NCBI RefSeq assembly: GCF_902713615.1
Contig: NC_052171.1
Span: 1,736,001 to 1,800,000, forward strand
From: Scyliorhinus canicula
Taxonomy: Eukaryota
DNA length: 64,000 nucleotides
Direction of reading: 5' to 3'
Shown here: positions 47,283-57,770 of the stretch, piece after piece
Layout: every line of letters begins with the position of its first letter
How positions within the stretch are numbered: position 1 is the first letter of the stretch
Program-made: the position numbers and the translations under genes
Notes under the pieces: model-generated
Databases searched by the model: none
Told to the model about the DNA's origin: nothing
What the model saw: the letters and a program-made list of their open reading frames with translations, nothing else

Positions 47283-50200
47283 TCACTTTGATTCTGCCTC
47301 TGTGAACAGGGTCACAAAGGGGTTGCCGTGTCGGGAGTCAGACACCGTGTCGTCCTGCTCTCCCGGATCCCACACCCTTGTGTGGATCAGGCATGCTATT
47401 TTGGAGTTGTGTGACCGGGGGTCACTTTCATCATTGCGGACAAGTCTGTAGGAATTGTCCCTGTGCCATTGTGTAGCGTCGAGTGTGTTGTCGGGGTAGT
47501 CGGGGTCGGGTGGTGGTTCTGGGTTTTTAAGGTAAGTGACTTCCATGGGGTCACTGGAGTCGGGGTCGTAGTTGGTGCAGTGTGGGCTGTATGGCTGTGT
47601 GGTGTCGCTGTCCTCAGAGTCAGTGTCTGTCCTACTGTCTCTGCTGTGGCAGCTTGTGGGCGTGTCGGGGCGTGGTCTGTAGTGGTCTGTGGGCGGAGTC
47701 GTGGGCGAGTCCGTTGATGAACTGGTCTGTGAGGGGGATGGTGGAAAAGTGTTTCTGGTGGGCGGGGTGAAGTGTTCTGCTGCATCCAGCAGGACATGGT
47801 GAGCATGGTTGGCCTGTGTTCCATATGCCTTTAACTGGTTTATATGGAACCACGCGGTCTTCCCATTAGGATATTTGATCCTGTATACGGAGGGGCTAAT
47901 TTTGTCCGAAATTGAGTAGGGACCGGAATATTTTGGAGCCAAAAAACTGCTGGGGTTATAAACAGATAACATTACCTGTTGCCCAACCTGGAATTCTGTG
48001 GTGTGTACGGTCTTATTGAAACAGGCAGTCCGTTGCTGTCGGCGTTTCCCTAGCTGGACTGCGGCTGCGAGCTGTGCAGACCTCACAGTCTCAACTAGAT
48101 CTTTAACTGCCTTTTCATGTGTGAGGGCCGTCACTTCGGGGCTTGTCATGTCCAGTCCTAAAAGGAATTCTGTACCTTTCATAGGGCGTCCGGTCATGAG
48201 TGTATGTGGTGTGTATCCTGTAGATGTGGAGACAGTGTTCCTTATGAACATAAGTGCAAAGGGGAGCACTGAATCCCATGTGGAATTGTTCTCTTGAACC
48301 ATTTTTCTGAGGGTAGTTTTTAGGGTCCGATTCATGCGCTCCACAATCCCGCTGGACTGTGGATGATACGCAATGTGGAAGTTTTGTTTGATGCCGAATA
48401 TTGTCAGGACGTTCCTCATGACCCGTCCTGTAAAGTGAGATCCCTGGTCCGAATCGATACTTCGGGGTAAACCCCATCTCGTGAAGATGTGGTGGGTCAG
48501 GATCTTTGCAGCTGTCTTAGCTGTGTTTGTTCGTGAGGGAAATGCCTCTACCCACTTGGTAAAGGTATCTATCACCACCAGAACGTATTTATAGCCATTC
48601 CTGCAAGGGGGCAATGGACCTATAAAGTCGATCTGGAGGTTTGTCCAAGGGCCGTTAACTGGGCGAGTATGCCGAAGTTGTGCTTTCTTAGAATACCTCT
48701 CCGGGTTATTCTGAGCACAAATCAGGCAATTCTCTATGTAGTGCGTTACATCATTCCTGAGATTAGGCCACCAACAGAGTTGCCTGAGGTGCCTCGTTGT
48801 TGCATCAATTCCCTGATGCCCGTGTCCGTCATGGAACAAGGCAATCATCTGATTCCTGTCCTGCTGTGGGACCACATAAAGTTGGTCCTTAATGATCACA
48901 CCCTCATGTGTGGTCAGTGCGTGTTTAAAGTGCTCGTAAGCAGGCACAAAGTTTCCCTTGAAAACCTCCCTGAGGTCTCCGTCCTGTTTTTGTGCTGCCA
49001 CGAGATCTTTAATATCAGTCTGTGAGACTTGGACTGCGCTCACAGGGGCGCTAGCTGGTGCGCTAGCTGGGGGGGTCCATAAGTGTCCTCTCCTGGAACC
49101 TGCTTTAGCCAATGCGTCGGCTTTTACATTCCCAGGGGGTGATGACCTATGGTGGCTTCGAACTTTTATAATGCCGAAGGTCCTGTCCTTCGCTTTTGCT
49201 AAAATATGCTGGAGTAGAGGGGCTGATGGAAGGGGTTTTCCGTCTGCGGAGACAAAACCTCGTGTCCTCCACAGGGGCAGAAAATCGGTTAAACTGTTAC
49301 AGACATATAAGCTGTCTGAATATATGTCTGCTGGGCTGGGGAAAGAATCGGGGTGGTCCACTATGTACGCTATGGCTGCTAGCTCTGCTGCCTGCGCGCC
49401 TAAGTGACCTGGTAACTTAAGAGCTATCTCTTCGAGAGCGCGCCCCTGCGCGTCCTCTACATAGATGCCGCATCCTGTGATACGCTCACCATTTAAAACT
49501 GTGGAGGAACCGTCTACATAAATCCTCAAGGGTCCACACGTGTCTGTGGGCTGGGGGCTTTGTTTCGGGTTCCCTATCTTCCTGGGGGGTGTTTTTGCTA
49601 AAAAGGGTCCTGTGTTATGCAGGGGAACTACAATTTCACAGTCATGGGGCTGTCCGGGGTATTGGAGGTTGTCGGCTAAGTATGTGTGTGTGCGTGTCCG
49701 TTTCACTGTAATGTCCCGTCCTTGTAAAAGTAGGGTCCACCTAGCTGCCCTAATCTGGCTAACTGAACCGTCCTTCAGTCGACCGTCTAGTAGTAGCTGT
49801 GTGGGTGTGTGTTCGGTCAGAATAGTAATGGGGTTGAGTCCGGTGATGTATGAGAAATACTGTACTGCCCAGAAGACAGCAAGGAGGTGCCTCTCACAGG
49901 CTGAAAATCCTTGTTCTACTGGGTCTAACAGTCGGGAGGCATAAGCCACTGGTCTTAGCTGCTCGTGCCGTTCCTGAAGCAACACGGCCGAGAGGGTCAG
50001 ATCGGTGCTCGCTACCTCTATTGCGTACGGTGAAAGTTGGTCGGGGACTAGCAGCGCGGGTGCTGCACTAAGGGCTCGTTTCAACTCTTCCACAGCGCCT
50101 GTATGCTGCGGAAGCCATTCCCAGGGGGCTCCTTTCTTAAGGAGGTCTGAAAGTGGGGCGGCTTTTGTCGCGAATCCGTCGATGTGGTTCCGACAATAGC

Positions 50201-51509
50201 CAACCAGTCCTAAAAACGACCGGAGGGCTGATACATTCTGGGGAAGGGGCAATTTGACAATCGAATCAATTCTTTTGAATTCGATCTCGCGTTTGCCTTG
50301 CGTGATGACTGTTCCCAAATACATCACTTTACTTTCCAATATCTGGGCCTTTTTCGGGTTAACTTTACAGCCAATTTCAGTTAAGAGTTCTAGGAGTTCG
50401 GCCAGAAGCGAAATGTGCTCTGCCTTTGTGTCTGTCTGCAGTAGTAGGTCGTCTACATACTGTACCAGACAATCGGGTCGGGAAAATTTTTCTAATCCAC
50501 TTGCCAGCTGTCGGTGGAAAATGGAGGGTGAATTGTGGAATCCTTGTGGGAGGCATGTCCACGTGTACTGCTGTGTTTTAAAAGTGAATGCGAATTTGTA
50601 TTGGCACGCTTTTGCCAATGGTATTGACCAGAATCCATTACTGATGTCCAATACCGTGAAGTACTTGGCGTTGAGACCCTGCTTGAGCATGGTCTCGGGA
50701 CTAGTAGCTACCGTTGGGGCTACTGCGGGGGTTACTTTGTTGAGTTCCCGATAATCGATGGTCAGACGCCATGATCCATCGGGCTTCCTCACTGGCCAAA
50801 TAGGGGTATTGTTGGTGGAGGCTACCGTTCTCAGTACACCTTGGTCCAACAAGCTGCCTATAACTTTTTCTATTTCCACCTCTGCCTCGAGGGGAAATCT
50901 ATACTGTTTTTGCGGTCGGGGGTCCTGTCCGGTAACATGAACTTGTCCAGTCATTCTACCACAGTCATGACGGTGACTTGCAAATGCTGTCCTGTGTTTG
51001 TTTAGTAGGGCCTTAATTTGTCTGTCGGTGTGGAGTGTAGTCAGGTCGAATGAGTACTCTCCCACTGCGCTAATCCGATTAGCGTAGTCTCCTACTGTGA
51101 GGGTGGCTGGGGCTCTGTCTGATCTCGCCATTCGCCAGACACACTGGTTCACTGGGTCGAACGACAAGCTATGAGCGTTCATAAAATCTATCCCCAGGAT
51201 GTGCTCTGCTGTCCGGGGAAGATTTACTAAAACTACGGGGTGCCTTGTGCTAATGTTCCCTAGCTGGATCGCTACGGGTGCTGTGATATGTCCCTGCTGC
51301 GAGTGTCCGGTGAACCCGCTAAGTGTGATGGTGGAGGTGGTCGGCCACGTGTCTATGTGTGCCGTGGTTGTGGAGTTAATGGTGGTGCGGGATCCTCCTG
51401 TGTCCCACAGTAACTCTATGGGCTTCCCTTTGACTTTTGCCGTGACTACGGGCCTCCCTGATGAGTCCCATAGTGTGTCACAGACCCAAGTGGGGGAGCC
51501 CGAACACCG
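47283..51509 (-). CDS. pol: Pro-Pol (protease, RT, tether/RNase H-like, RNase H, integrase), 1408 aa, in frame with gag
   Basis: Translated by hand upstream of the listed ORF with no stop: LLWDTGGS and ILGIDFM; RT LPQGFHNSP and YVDD; RNase H YVDGSS, AELAA, YSDS, GNVKADALAK; IN HHCC, D-D35-E and GPY. Confidence 0.95.
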   Translation of the reverse strand, partial: RCSGSPTWVCDTLWDSSGRPVVTAKVKGKPIELLWDTGGSRTTINSTTTAHIDTWPTTSTITLSGFTGHSQQGHITAPVAIQLGNISTRHPVVLVNLPRTAEHILGIDFMNAHSLSFDPVNQCVWRMARSDRAPATLTVGDYANRISAVGEYSFDLTTLHTDRQIKALLNKHRTAFASHRHDCGRMTGQVHVTGQDPRPQKQYRFPLEAEVEIEKVIGSLLDQGVLRTVASTNNTPIWPVRKPDGSWRLTIDYRELNKVTPAVAPTVATSPETMLKQGLNAKYFTVLDISNGFWSIPLAKACQYKFAFTFKTQQYTWTCLPQGFHNSPSIFHRQLASGLEKFSRPDCLVQYVDDLLLQTDTKAEHISLLAELLELLTEIGCKVNPKKAQILESKVMYLGTVITQGKREIEFKRIDSIVKLPLPQNVSALRSFLGLVGYCRNHIDGFATKAAPLSDLLKKGAPWEWLPQHTGAVEELKRALSAAPALLVPDQLSPYAIEVASTDLTLSAVLLQERHEQLRPVAYASRLLDPVEQGFSACERHLLAVFWAVQYFSYITGLNPITILTEHTPTQLLLDGRLKDGSVSQIRAARWTLLLQGRDITVKRTRTHTYLADNLQYPGQPHDCEIVVPLHNTGPFLAKTPPRKIGNPKQSPQPTDTCGPLRIYVDGSSTVLNGERITGCGIYVEDAQGRALEEIALKLPGHLGAQAAELAAIAYIVDHPDSFPSPADIYSDSLYVCNSLTDFLPLWRTRGFVSADGKPLPSAPLLQHILAKAKDRTFGIIKVRSHHRSSPPGNVKADALAKAGSRRGHLWTPPASAPASAPVSAVQVSQTDIKDLVAAQKQDGDLREVFKGNFVPAYEHFKHALTTHEGVIIKDQLYVVPQQDRNQMIALFHDGHGHQGIDATTRHLRQLCWWPNLRNDVTHYIENCLICAQNNPERYSKKAQLRHTRPVNGPWTNLQIDFIGPLPPCRNGYKYVLVVIDTFTKWVEAFPSRTNTAKTAAKILTHHIFTRWGLPRSIDSDQGSHFTGRVMRNVLTIFGIKQNFHIAYHPQSSGIVERMNRTLKTTLRKMVQENNSTWDSVLPFALMFIRNTVSTSTGYTPHTLMTGRPMKGTEFLLGLDMTSPEVTALTHEKAVKDLVETVRSAQLAAAVQLGKRRQQRTACFNKTVHTTEFQVGQQVMLSVYNPSSFLAPKYSGPYSISDKISPSVYRIKYPNGKTAWFHINQLKAYGTQANHAHHVLLDAAEHFTPPTRNTFPPSPSQTSSSTDSPTTPPTDHYRPRPDTPTSCHSRDSRTDTDSEDSDTTQPYSPHCTNYDPDSSDPMEVTYLKNPEPPPDPDYPDNTLDATQWHRDNSYRLVRNDESDPRSHNSKIACLIHTRVWDPGEQDDTVSDSRHGNPFVTLFTEAESK

Positions 51510-53258
51510 TCAGTTCGTCTCGTCCACATTGGTGGGTCCTGACTGTACTGCTACATTGTGGATTGGTTTTGCTTTGTTGCGGTTCAGAGTGCCTGTCTGC
51601 TGGCCTCTCTGAGATCGCTGGGGTGCATTACACTCTTTTGCCCAATGCCCTAACTGTCCACAGTTATAGCATTCCTGTCCTTTCTGTTGAGGGCTGCTCT
51701 TGCCTTCATTTACCCATGCGGGCTTCTGGTGCTCTCTGACTGCTTGGATATCTGCAGCAGCCTGAGCCTCTTCTGGGGATCTAACCTTTGCTTTTGCCTG
51801 AAGCGATTGCTCCCAAGCGCGGGACAATCTTTTGAGGACCCATTTTTCGTTATGGGCCTCTTCTGAGGGGTCGTAATTATTGCAAGCGCTCTGTCCTGCT
51901 TCTGTTGCGTGTGAGATAATTGTGCGCGTCCACTTAACCATGTTTTCGCGGGTTAAATGCGCTCTATCTAGCTGTCCGAAAACTGCGCTGAAATGAATCC
52001 ACAGCCTTCCTGCGAATGCTGTGGGGTGTTCGGATCTCTTCTGCCTGCACTTATTTAAGCCTTCTACGGGGTCACCTCTATTGTACCCGATGGCATCTAA
52101 AATGGCAGTGTGCATCTCCTCTAGGCTGCCTCCTGCCACGTTCTGTGGGTCGGGGAGGGCTGCCACTACACTCTGGTCTAAGCTCAGCACGGTGAGCTTA
52201 ACCTGCTCTCTCTCATCCAGGCCGTACATGGTAGCCTGCTGTTTTACTTTAGCAAAGAACTGGTGGGGGTCTGCGGTGGGGAGGAACGGAGTGATCTTTT
52301 CACAAGCGTCCCTTAGCTGGGTTACTGTTAAAGGGGTGGTGTAAGTTATGTCTGGGGCGCCTTCTGATTCGGCTTTCCTCTGTGTGGTTACGGGATTCAT
52401 GGGTGCGGTTATGGTCTGAGCTGTGGGGGGTTGGGGTGCCTGTCGTTTCTGCTGAGCTGCTGGCGCACATGTTCCCTGAACATAACGCTGCGCTGTCTCG
52501 CTTAATTCCTGCCAATCTGGGGCATTTTCCCCATCTAACTGAGCTCCAAAGGTGCTTTGGAAGCCATTCTGCACCGAAAGCAGAGATTGCAGTTCCGCAA
52601 TCTGTTTCCTGCATTTCGCGTGGTCAACTGTGCTTTGTCTTTGTTCGGTCGTTGCAGCGTGGAGTGCTCTCAAAGCTGCTTTGAGATCGGAGCATTGCCT
52701 CTGCAATGCCTCCACCTGCTTTTCCGATTCCTGTCTTATCAGAACGGCACGTTGCACGTCCTGATAGGCTTTCTCATACTGGGTCTGGGAACTGTTCAGA
52801 TGAGCTAGACAAGACTGGTGAGCCCTCTTGGCATCATCCACCTCTCTACCCTTCTCTGCCAACTTCCCTTTTAATTCCAGGTTTTCTTTCTCGATGTCCC
52901 TGACATCGACCTTACTCATTCGGTTCCTTTCCTCTAAATCTGCCCGGAGCGTCCTGATGACCTCCTCTGCGCCTCGCAACTGTGCCAAGCAGGACACAAT
53001 CGCCATCGGCTTGCGTGCTTTACTTAAACTCTTTTTGTGTATTTGAGAGAGGTTCTCCCACCAAGTATGACCTATACTTCCGGGACCTGTCTCCTCATTT
53101 GCACAAAACTCTTTCCAAAGGGGCCATCCCTTTCCCTGCAGATATTTGCGGAGTTCCAGCTCCCACGTGGGACACTGGCCTACTCTGCTACTGCTGCTGG
53201 TCGCTGCGACCACAAACTTTGCTGGATCCATCAGACGTTCCATTGCCTGCATGGCCAT
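51510..53258 (-). CDS. gag: Gag, 582 aa, with long N-proximal coiled coil and one CCHC knuckle
   Basis: First ATG at 53258; CYNCGQLGHWAKEC; ends in TGA. Confidence 0.92.
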   Translation of the reverse strand: MAMQAMERLMDPAKFVVAATSSSSRVGQCPTWELELRKYLQGKGWPLWKEFCANEETGPGSIGHTWWENLSQIHKKSLSKARKPMAIVSCLAQLRGAEEVIRTLRADLEERNRMSKVDVRDIEKENLELKGKLAEKGREVDDAKRAHQSCLAHLNSSQTQYEKAYQDVQRAVLIRQESEKQVEALQRQCSDLKAALRALHAATTEQRQSTVDHAKCRKQIAELQSLLSVQNGFQSTFGAQLDGENAPDWQELSETAQRYVQGTCAPAAQQKRQAPQPPTAQTITAPMNPVTTQRKAESEGAPDITYTTPLTVTQLRDACEKITPFLPTADPHQFFAKVKQQATMYGLDEREQVKLTVLSLDQSVVAALPDPQNVAGGSLEEMHTAILDAIGYNRGDPVEGLNKCRQKRSEHPTAFAGRLWIHFSAVFGQLDRAHLTRENMVKWTRTIISHATEAGQSACNNYDPSEEAHNEKWVLKRLSRAWEQSLQAKAKVRSPEEAQAAADIQAVREHQKPAWVNEGKSSPQQKGQECYNCGQLGHWAKECNAPQRSQRGQQTGTLNRNKAKPIHNVAVQSGPTNVDETN

Positions 53259-53554
53259 TTCCTCTGACTCTCTTTTTATAATTTGGAACAGGGGGTTGCT
53301 GGGGTGGTGTTTCGAGAAACGGGTACGGCTTGCGCTATGTTCCGTTAACAAAACTACCGAAAGTTTGTCGCAACAAAAAGCTTTCAGTTTTACCTTACAG
53401 CCCTGTTAGTACGCATGCACTAAAACACACTTCCGAATTTCGCTTATTATTTTGAACACCTTGAATACTTGTGATCTCTTTCTTTCTCTGCAATTTGGAG
53501 TTCTAATTCAAATTTCAGGGTCCTGGACACTGTGGTGTTTCCACTTACAACAGG

Positions 53555-53572
53555 GTCCCGGCGGAGTCGCCA
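53555..53572 (-). other. Primer-binding site for tRNA-Arg(UCU)
   Basis: TGGCGACTCCGCCGGGAC is complementary to the recalled vertebrate tRNA-Arg-TCT 3' end GUCCCGGCGGAGUCGCCA; 5 nt from the LTR. Confidence 0.8.
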
Positions 53573-53577
53573 CTAAA

Positions 53578-54526
53578 TGTTGCACGTTTTACTATGGGCG
53601 TAAAACGCGTTTATTGGAGTGTATTAACACGCCTCCGAGTTCGACGTGTGCTTAACACTGCTAGGCTCTGTTCTATGTAATTATTTAGCTCTGGAGTCGC
53701 CAGCTGCCGTATAGGCAACGTCACAAGTATTCCAAGGTCAAATTCAAAGTAATAAAGACGATACACCGATTAGTAAAGTTCAAACGATCAATATTTATTA
53801 TACAGTTAATAATAAATACTCATGCACACACTAAGAGACTAAACTACAACTAAACATAAGCAAACAGAATACTTATCTAACAGGAACAGGCAAGGTCAGA
53901 GAACGAGGCCTTCGTCCTGGTTTTGTCTGCAGCCTTCAGCAAGCGTTCTGGCACTTGGGAGTCTAGCGGGCTTGGATCGCGTAGCGAGCGTTGAACTTAC
54001 GGTTTCGGCGGCTGGTGCTCAACGGCTGGAGTCAGGATACCAGGTGTCAGTCGGGGCCGGAGCACAGGTTTAACAGACCGGACAACACGAGGTCCCTATC
54101 TTTTATAGGGGTTCCGTTGTCCTTCCCTCTTCCCGGGCGGGCTCTACCTATTGGATCAATTTCTTATCGATACTGGATTAATTCCCCAATGCGAGAGGGT
54201 CTCCGTGATGGAGGGGGCGTTTCTTATGTCCTTTTGTTCGGAGGTTTCTGGTGCCTCGATGTCTGGGTCTTGATTGGAATGTGTCCATTCAGAACCAAAT
54301 GTATCTTTTGTGTGGGTGTTCAAGTCTGATGGCCTCATTAGCATGCAAAGCGTTTTGCCATTTGCACCTAGCTAAGGTCTTTTCACCTGAGCCCAAACTG
54401 GTTTCTGCTGCTGCAGAATGCAAACTGCTCTTTGCAGACTGCTGTTCTGGCTGAACTGTCTGTTTCTCAGCAGCCTTCCATTTTAGTTTGGCTCAGTGTC
54501 CATTTTGCGTGGCCAGCATGGCTACA
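53578..54526 (-). repeat. 5' LTR with promoter
   Basis: TATAAAA on minus at 54101-54107, CCAAT about 45 nt upstream. Confidence 0.97.
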
Positions 54527-54674
54527 ATATGCCAGAAAGAGCTTGTGCCTTCAGAAGGTGGATAAAATTGTTGGGAGGAAAAATAAAAACCACATAGTAA
54601 TGGTACAATATTTGGAGATTTTTACTACAGGGAGCCAATGACTCAGGCTGCTGTAATAAAGGAAAATTATGAAA

Positions 54675-54885
54675 GTGGCACAGTGGTTAGCGCTGCTGCC
54701 TCACAGCGCCGAGGACCCGGGTTCGATCCCAGCCTCGGGTCACTGTCTGTGTGGAGTTTGCATATTCTCCCCATTTCTGCATGGGTTTCACCTGCACAAC
54801 CCAAAGATGTGCAGGGTAGGTGGATTGGCCACGCTAAATTGCCCCTTAATTGGGAAAAAAATAATTGGGTACTCTGAATTTTTAA
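54675..54885 (+). mobile_element. SINE
   Basis: Head, core and A-rich tail. Confidence 0.8.
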
Positions 54886-54931
54886 ATAAAGAATGTTCAA
54901 ACTAAAACTCTTTTTTTTTTGTTGAACATAG

Positions 54932-54982
54932 GTTGAATCTGACGAATGACGAATATGAAAGGATTTTCTCTTCAATCAATGG
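54932..54982 (+). CDS. GGH: GGH exon 3
   Basis: LNLTNDEYERIFSSING, 51 nt, AG/GT; not in the ORF track. Confidence 0.93.
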
Positions 54983-55166
54983 GTAAATAAAGAACAATGT
55001 AACCTTCCGATACATTTCAATTGCAGACAAAGTCAGCCACTGCGCGAGTCCCCACCTAAACCACCATCAAAGCCCACCTTTCTGTCATATCAGTCGACAG
55101 TCTGACATTAACAATCCCTGCTATGTTGATATAATAATGCAGCCCATTAAAACTCTGAGGCTAAGC

Positions 55167-55375
55167 GGGTGGCACGGTGGTGCAGTGGTTAGCTCTGCTA
55201 CCTACAGCTCTGAGGACCCAGCCCCGGATCACTGTCTGTGTGGGTTTGCACATTCTCCCCGTGTCTGCCTGGGTTTCACCCCCACAACCCAAAGATATGC
55301 AGGTCAGGTGGTTTGGCCACGCTAAAGTGCCCCTTAATTGGAGACAAATAATTAGGCACTCTAACTTTTAAAAAA
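55167..55375 (+). mobile_element. SINE
   Basis: Flanked by AAAAC(T/C)CTGAGGCT repeats. Confidence 0.8.
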
Positions 55376-55545
55376 ACCCTGAGGCTGTTCCCTCCATTGA
55401 ACAGATATGTACAATTGTGGTAAAAATCAATGAATATACAGCGCAGAAATTCTGCTCTGTTAGCCCTCAGCATTAGGGTGCTTCATGTAGGCAAAGTTTG
55501 AGGAAGAAGAATCAGCTTGTATTCCTACTCTTGATTGCCTACAAG

Positions 55546-56885
55546 AAAGTTTTTCAAACTGCGGCCCCTGACCTGTGGGTGGGTCACGGGAGGCATTGAG
55601 AGGACGGGGAGCAATCAACCGTGTCATTCCCAATAATAGCTGACCGCTAGCCAGCTTTTAGGTTGAGAATGCCAGCCGTGACAGACTTGTAAATGTGAAC
55701 GATGCAGTCTTCCCGTCATAAGCGCCAGCAGAGAGCAGGTCACACACCCGGCACGTAGAATCGCGTGCCCTGTATGTCCTTGCTTTTGGCCCAAAATCAC
55801 AGAGGAGAGATTCCTCCATTTTCTCGCTGCGAGCAAGCAGAGCAACAGGACTGTGAAGAACTGAAGTCGATCTTTTCGGTATAAGGAAGAGAGAACCAGA
55901 GAAGCAAACAGGCCAGGATCTCATAACTGAATCTTCTGGAGAGAGCTGCGCAGGAGAGTCCATGGCAGGAAAAAGCAGTGCTAGTATGGGCTGTACACAG
56001 AGCTCTGGGGCTTCTGGTGAACAGCCTACTAAGAAGAAACTGAGATCGGGAACAAAGCAGTATAAAGATAAAGGCTTAATCAATTGTGCCAATGCAAATC
56101 AGGATACAAAACCCATGTGTGTTATATGAAGGGACATACTGGCAAATGAGAGTCCGATGCTAACTATGTCTTACGTTGCAAATAGCTTTTCAACTCTAAA
56201 TGAACTGAAACTCAAATTACAAGGTAAGGATGATGACTGTTTTCAGCACTTTGAAGAAATAGATACTTTCAAAAAGTAATTGAAAGTTTGGCATGTGCAA
56301 GTACAAAGCCAAAACTACTACATGTTCCCCACACTGCTATGACACATCGTCAGTAAGGGAACTGTCAACACACTGGCTGCACTGATCAACAGTTTTTACC
56401 CCAACTTTTCAGAGGAGACATTTCAGATTTTGAAAGAGAAGATGTGGATAAAAAGTTATTTTGATTTTGAGACCCCAGAGTCAATTATTAACTGACAGCT
56501 GACTCCTAATGAAGAATCTGAACTCCTGCGCCTCACCTGTGACAGCACATTAAAAACATGAGGATGTCAGCATTCTGGTGTAGCATCTCCGATCCAGTGC
56601 TGAGTAAAACAAGCATTTTGTTGCTATTACCCTTCACAACGACCTATACGTGAGAGGTTGGGTTTTCTGTCCTCACAGAGGAACTGGCTGAACGCTACAC
56701 CTGCTATGCACGTTGCCTTCTCCTCCAGTGAACCCAATTGGAGTGAGATCGTGAGGCCCAAGCAAGCTCACCTGTCACATGAAAGGTAAGCGGAAATGGT
56801 TTGTTGTGAAGGTCGGTCAGCATGGGTCATGATGGTCAGCCAGTTGGTGAAAGTTTGTCCCGGGGACGAAAATTCCCTGGTTCAC
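55546..56885 (+). mobile_element. Internally deleted hAT (Buster/Charlie-like) remnant
   Basis: KPMCVI..DILANES N-terminal and LLPFTTTY..EVGFS C-terminal transposase remnants. Confidence 0.65.
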
Positions 56886-57316
56886 AAGATCTTTGTTGGT
56901 CACAGAATGAGGGCAGGATCCAGCTTCTACAAACAGAAGTACCCTTCTCAGAGTCACTGTCAAGACTGAGAGTTATACAGAATGTGCAGCTCTTTCCAAT
57001 TCATGGAATGGACAGAAACTTGTGTGAAGAAGAAGCACCAGCAGAAGTTGTGTCAATTGACTTATTTCTGTTCTGCGCATTCCATCTACCACACTTCAGC
57101 AAATCAGCATGTCTCTTCCTTCCCTAGTTTCTCTCACCTAGTTTCTTTTATGAATCATGTTACTTTGAGGAATAAGGACACCCATCCTCCAACGCATCTA
57201 TGAAATTGTAACCCCTGTCAGGGGGTAATTGGAAGGAAGGAGTATGTACATGTTGTGAGAATGTACATGTTGTGACACAACACGTTCCTTCACCCATCTC
57301 CCTACTCTTTTCTCAG

Positions 57317-57401
57317 CATTCTACTCCCTGGTGGATCATCTAATTTGGAGACATCTGCGTTTGCCAAGGCTGCAAAGAAATTTTATGAACTTGCATTAAA
57401 G
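57317..57401 (+). CDS. GGH: GGH exon 4
   Basis: ILLPGGSSNLETSAFAKAAKKFYELALK, 85 nt, AG/GT. Confidence 0.95.
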
Positions 57402-57542
57402 GTAGGTACAAACAACATGTCTTTGTATTTAATTCAAGCCTTCACCAAGTAAAAGTGAACTTGTCTGCTGCTCCAAGCATGTTAAATTATTCACATTTCT
57501 CCTCTCTTTTCCTGGATGTTACGAACAAAGACAATTCCCAAA

Positions 57543-57770
57543 GGGCAGCACGGTGGCGCAGTGGGTTAGCCCTGCTGCCTCACGGCGCCGAGGTCCCAGG
57601 TTCGACTCTGGGTCACTGTCCGTGTGGAGTTTGCACATTCTCCCCGTGTTTGTGTGGGTTTTGCCCCCACAACCCAAAGATGTGCAGGATTGACCACACT
57701 AAATTGCCCCTTAATTGGAAAAAATGAATTGGGTACTCTAAATTTTATCCAAAAAAAAAGAAAGAAAAAA
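57543..57770 (+). mobile_element. SINE with TSD
   Basis: TSD AAAGACAATTCCCA. Confidence 0.85.

Larger units (their letters stand above)
44709..54526 (-). mobile_element. Intact env-less endogenous retrovirus-like provirus (basal, spuma- or loki-related)
   Basis: Paired 949-bp LTRs, TSD ATAT (44705-44708, 54527-54530), PBS, PPT, open gag and pro-pol. Confidence 0.95.
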
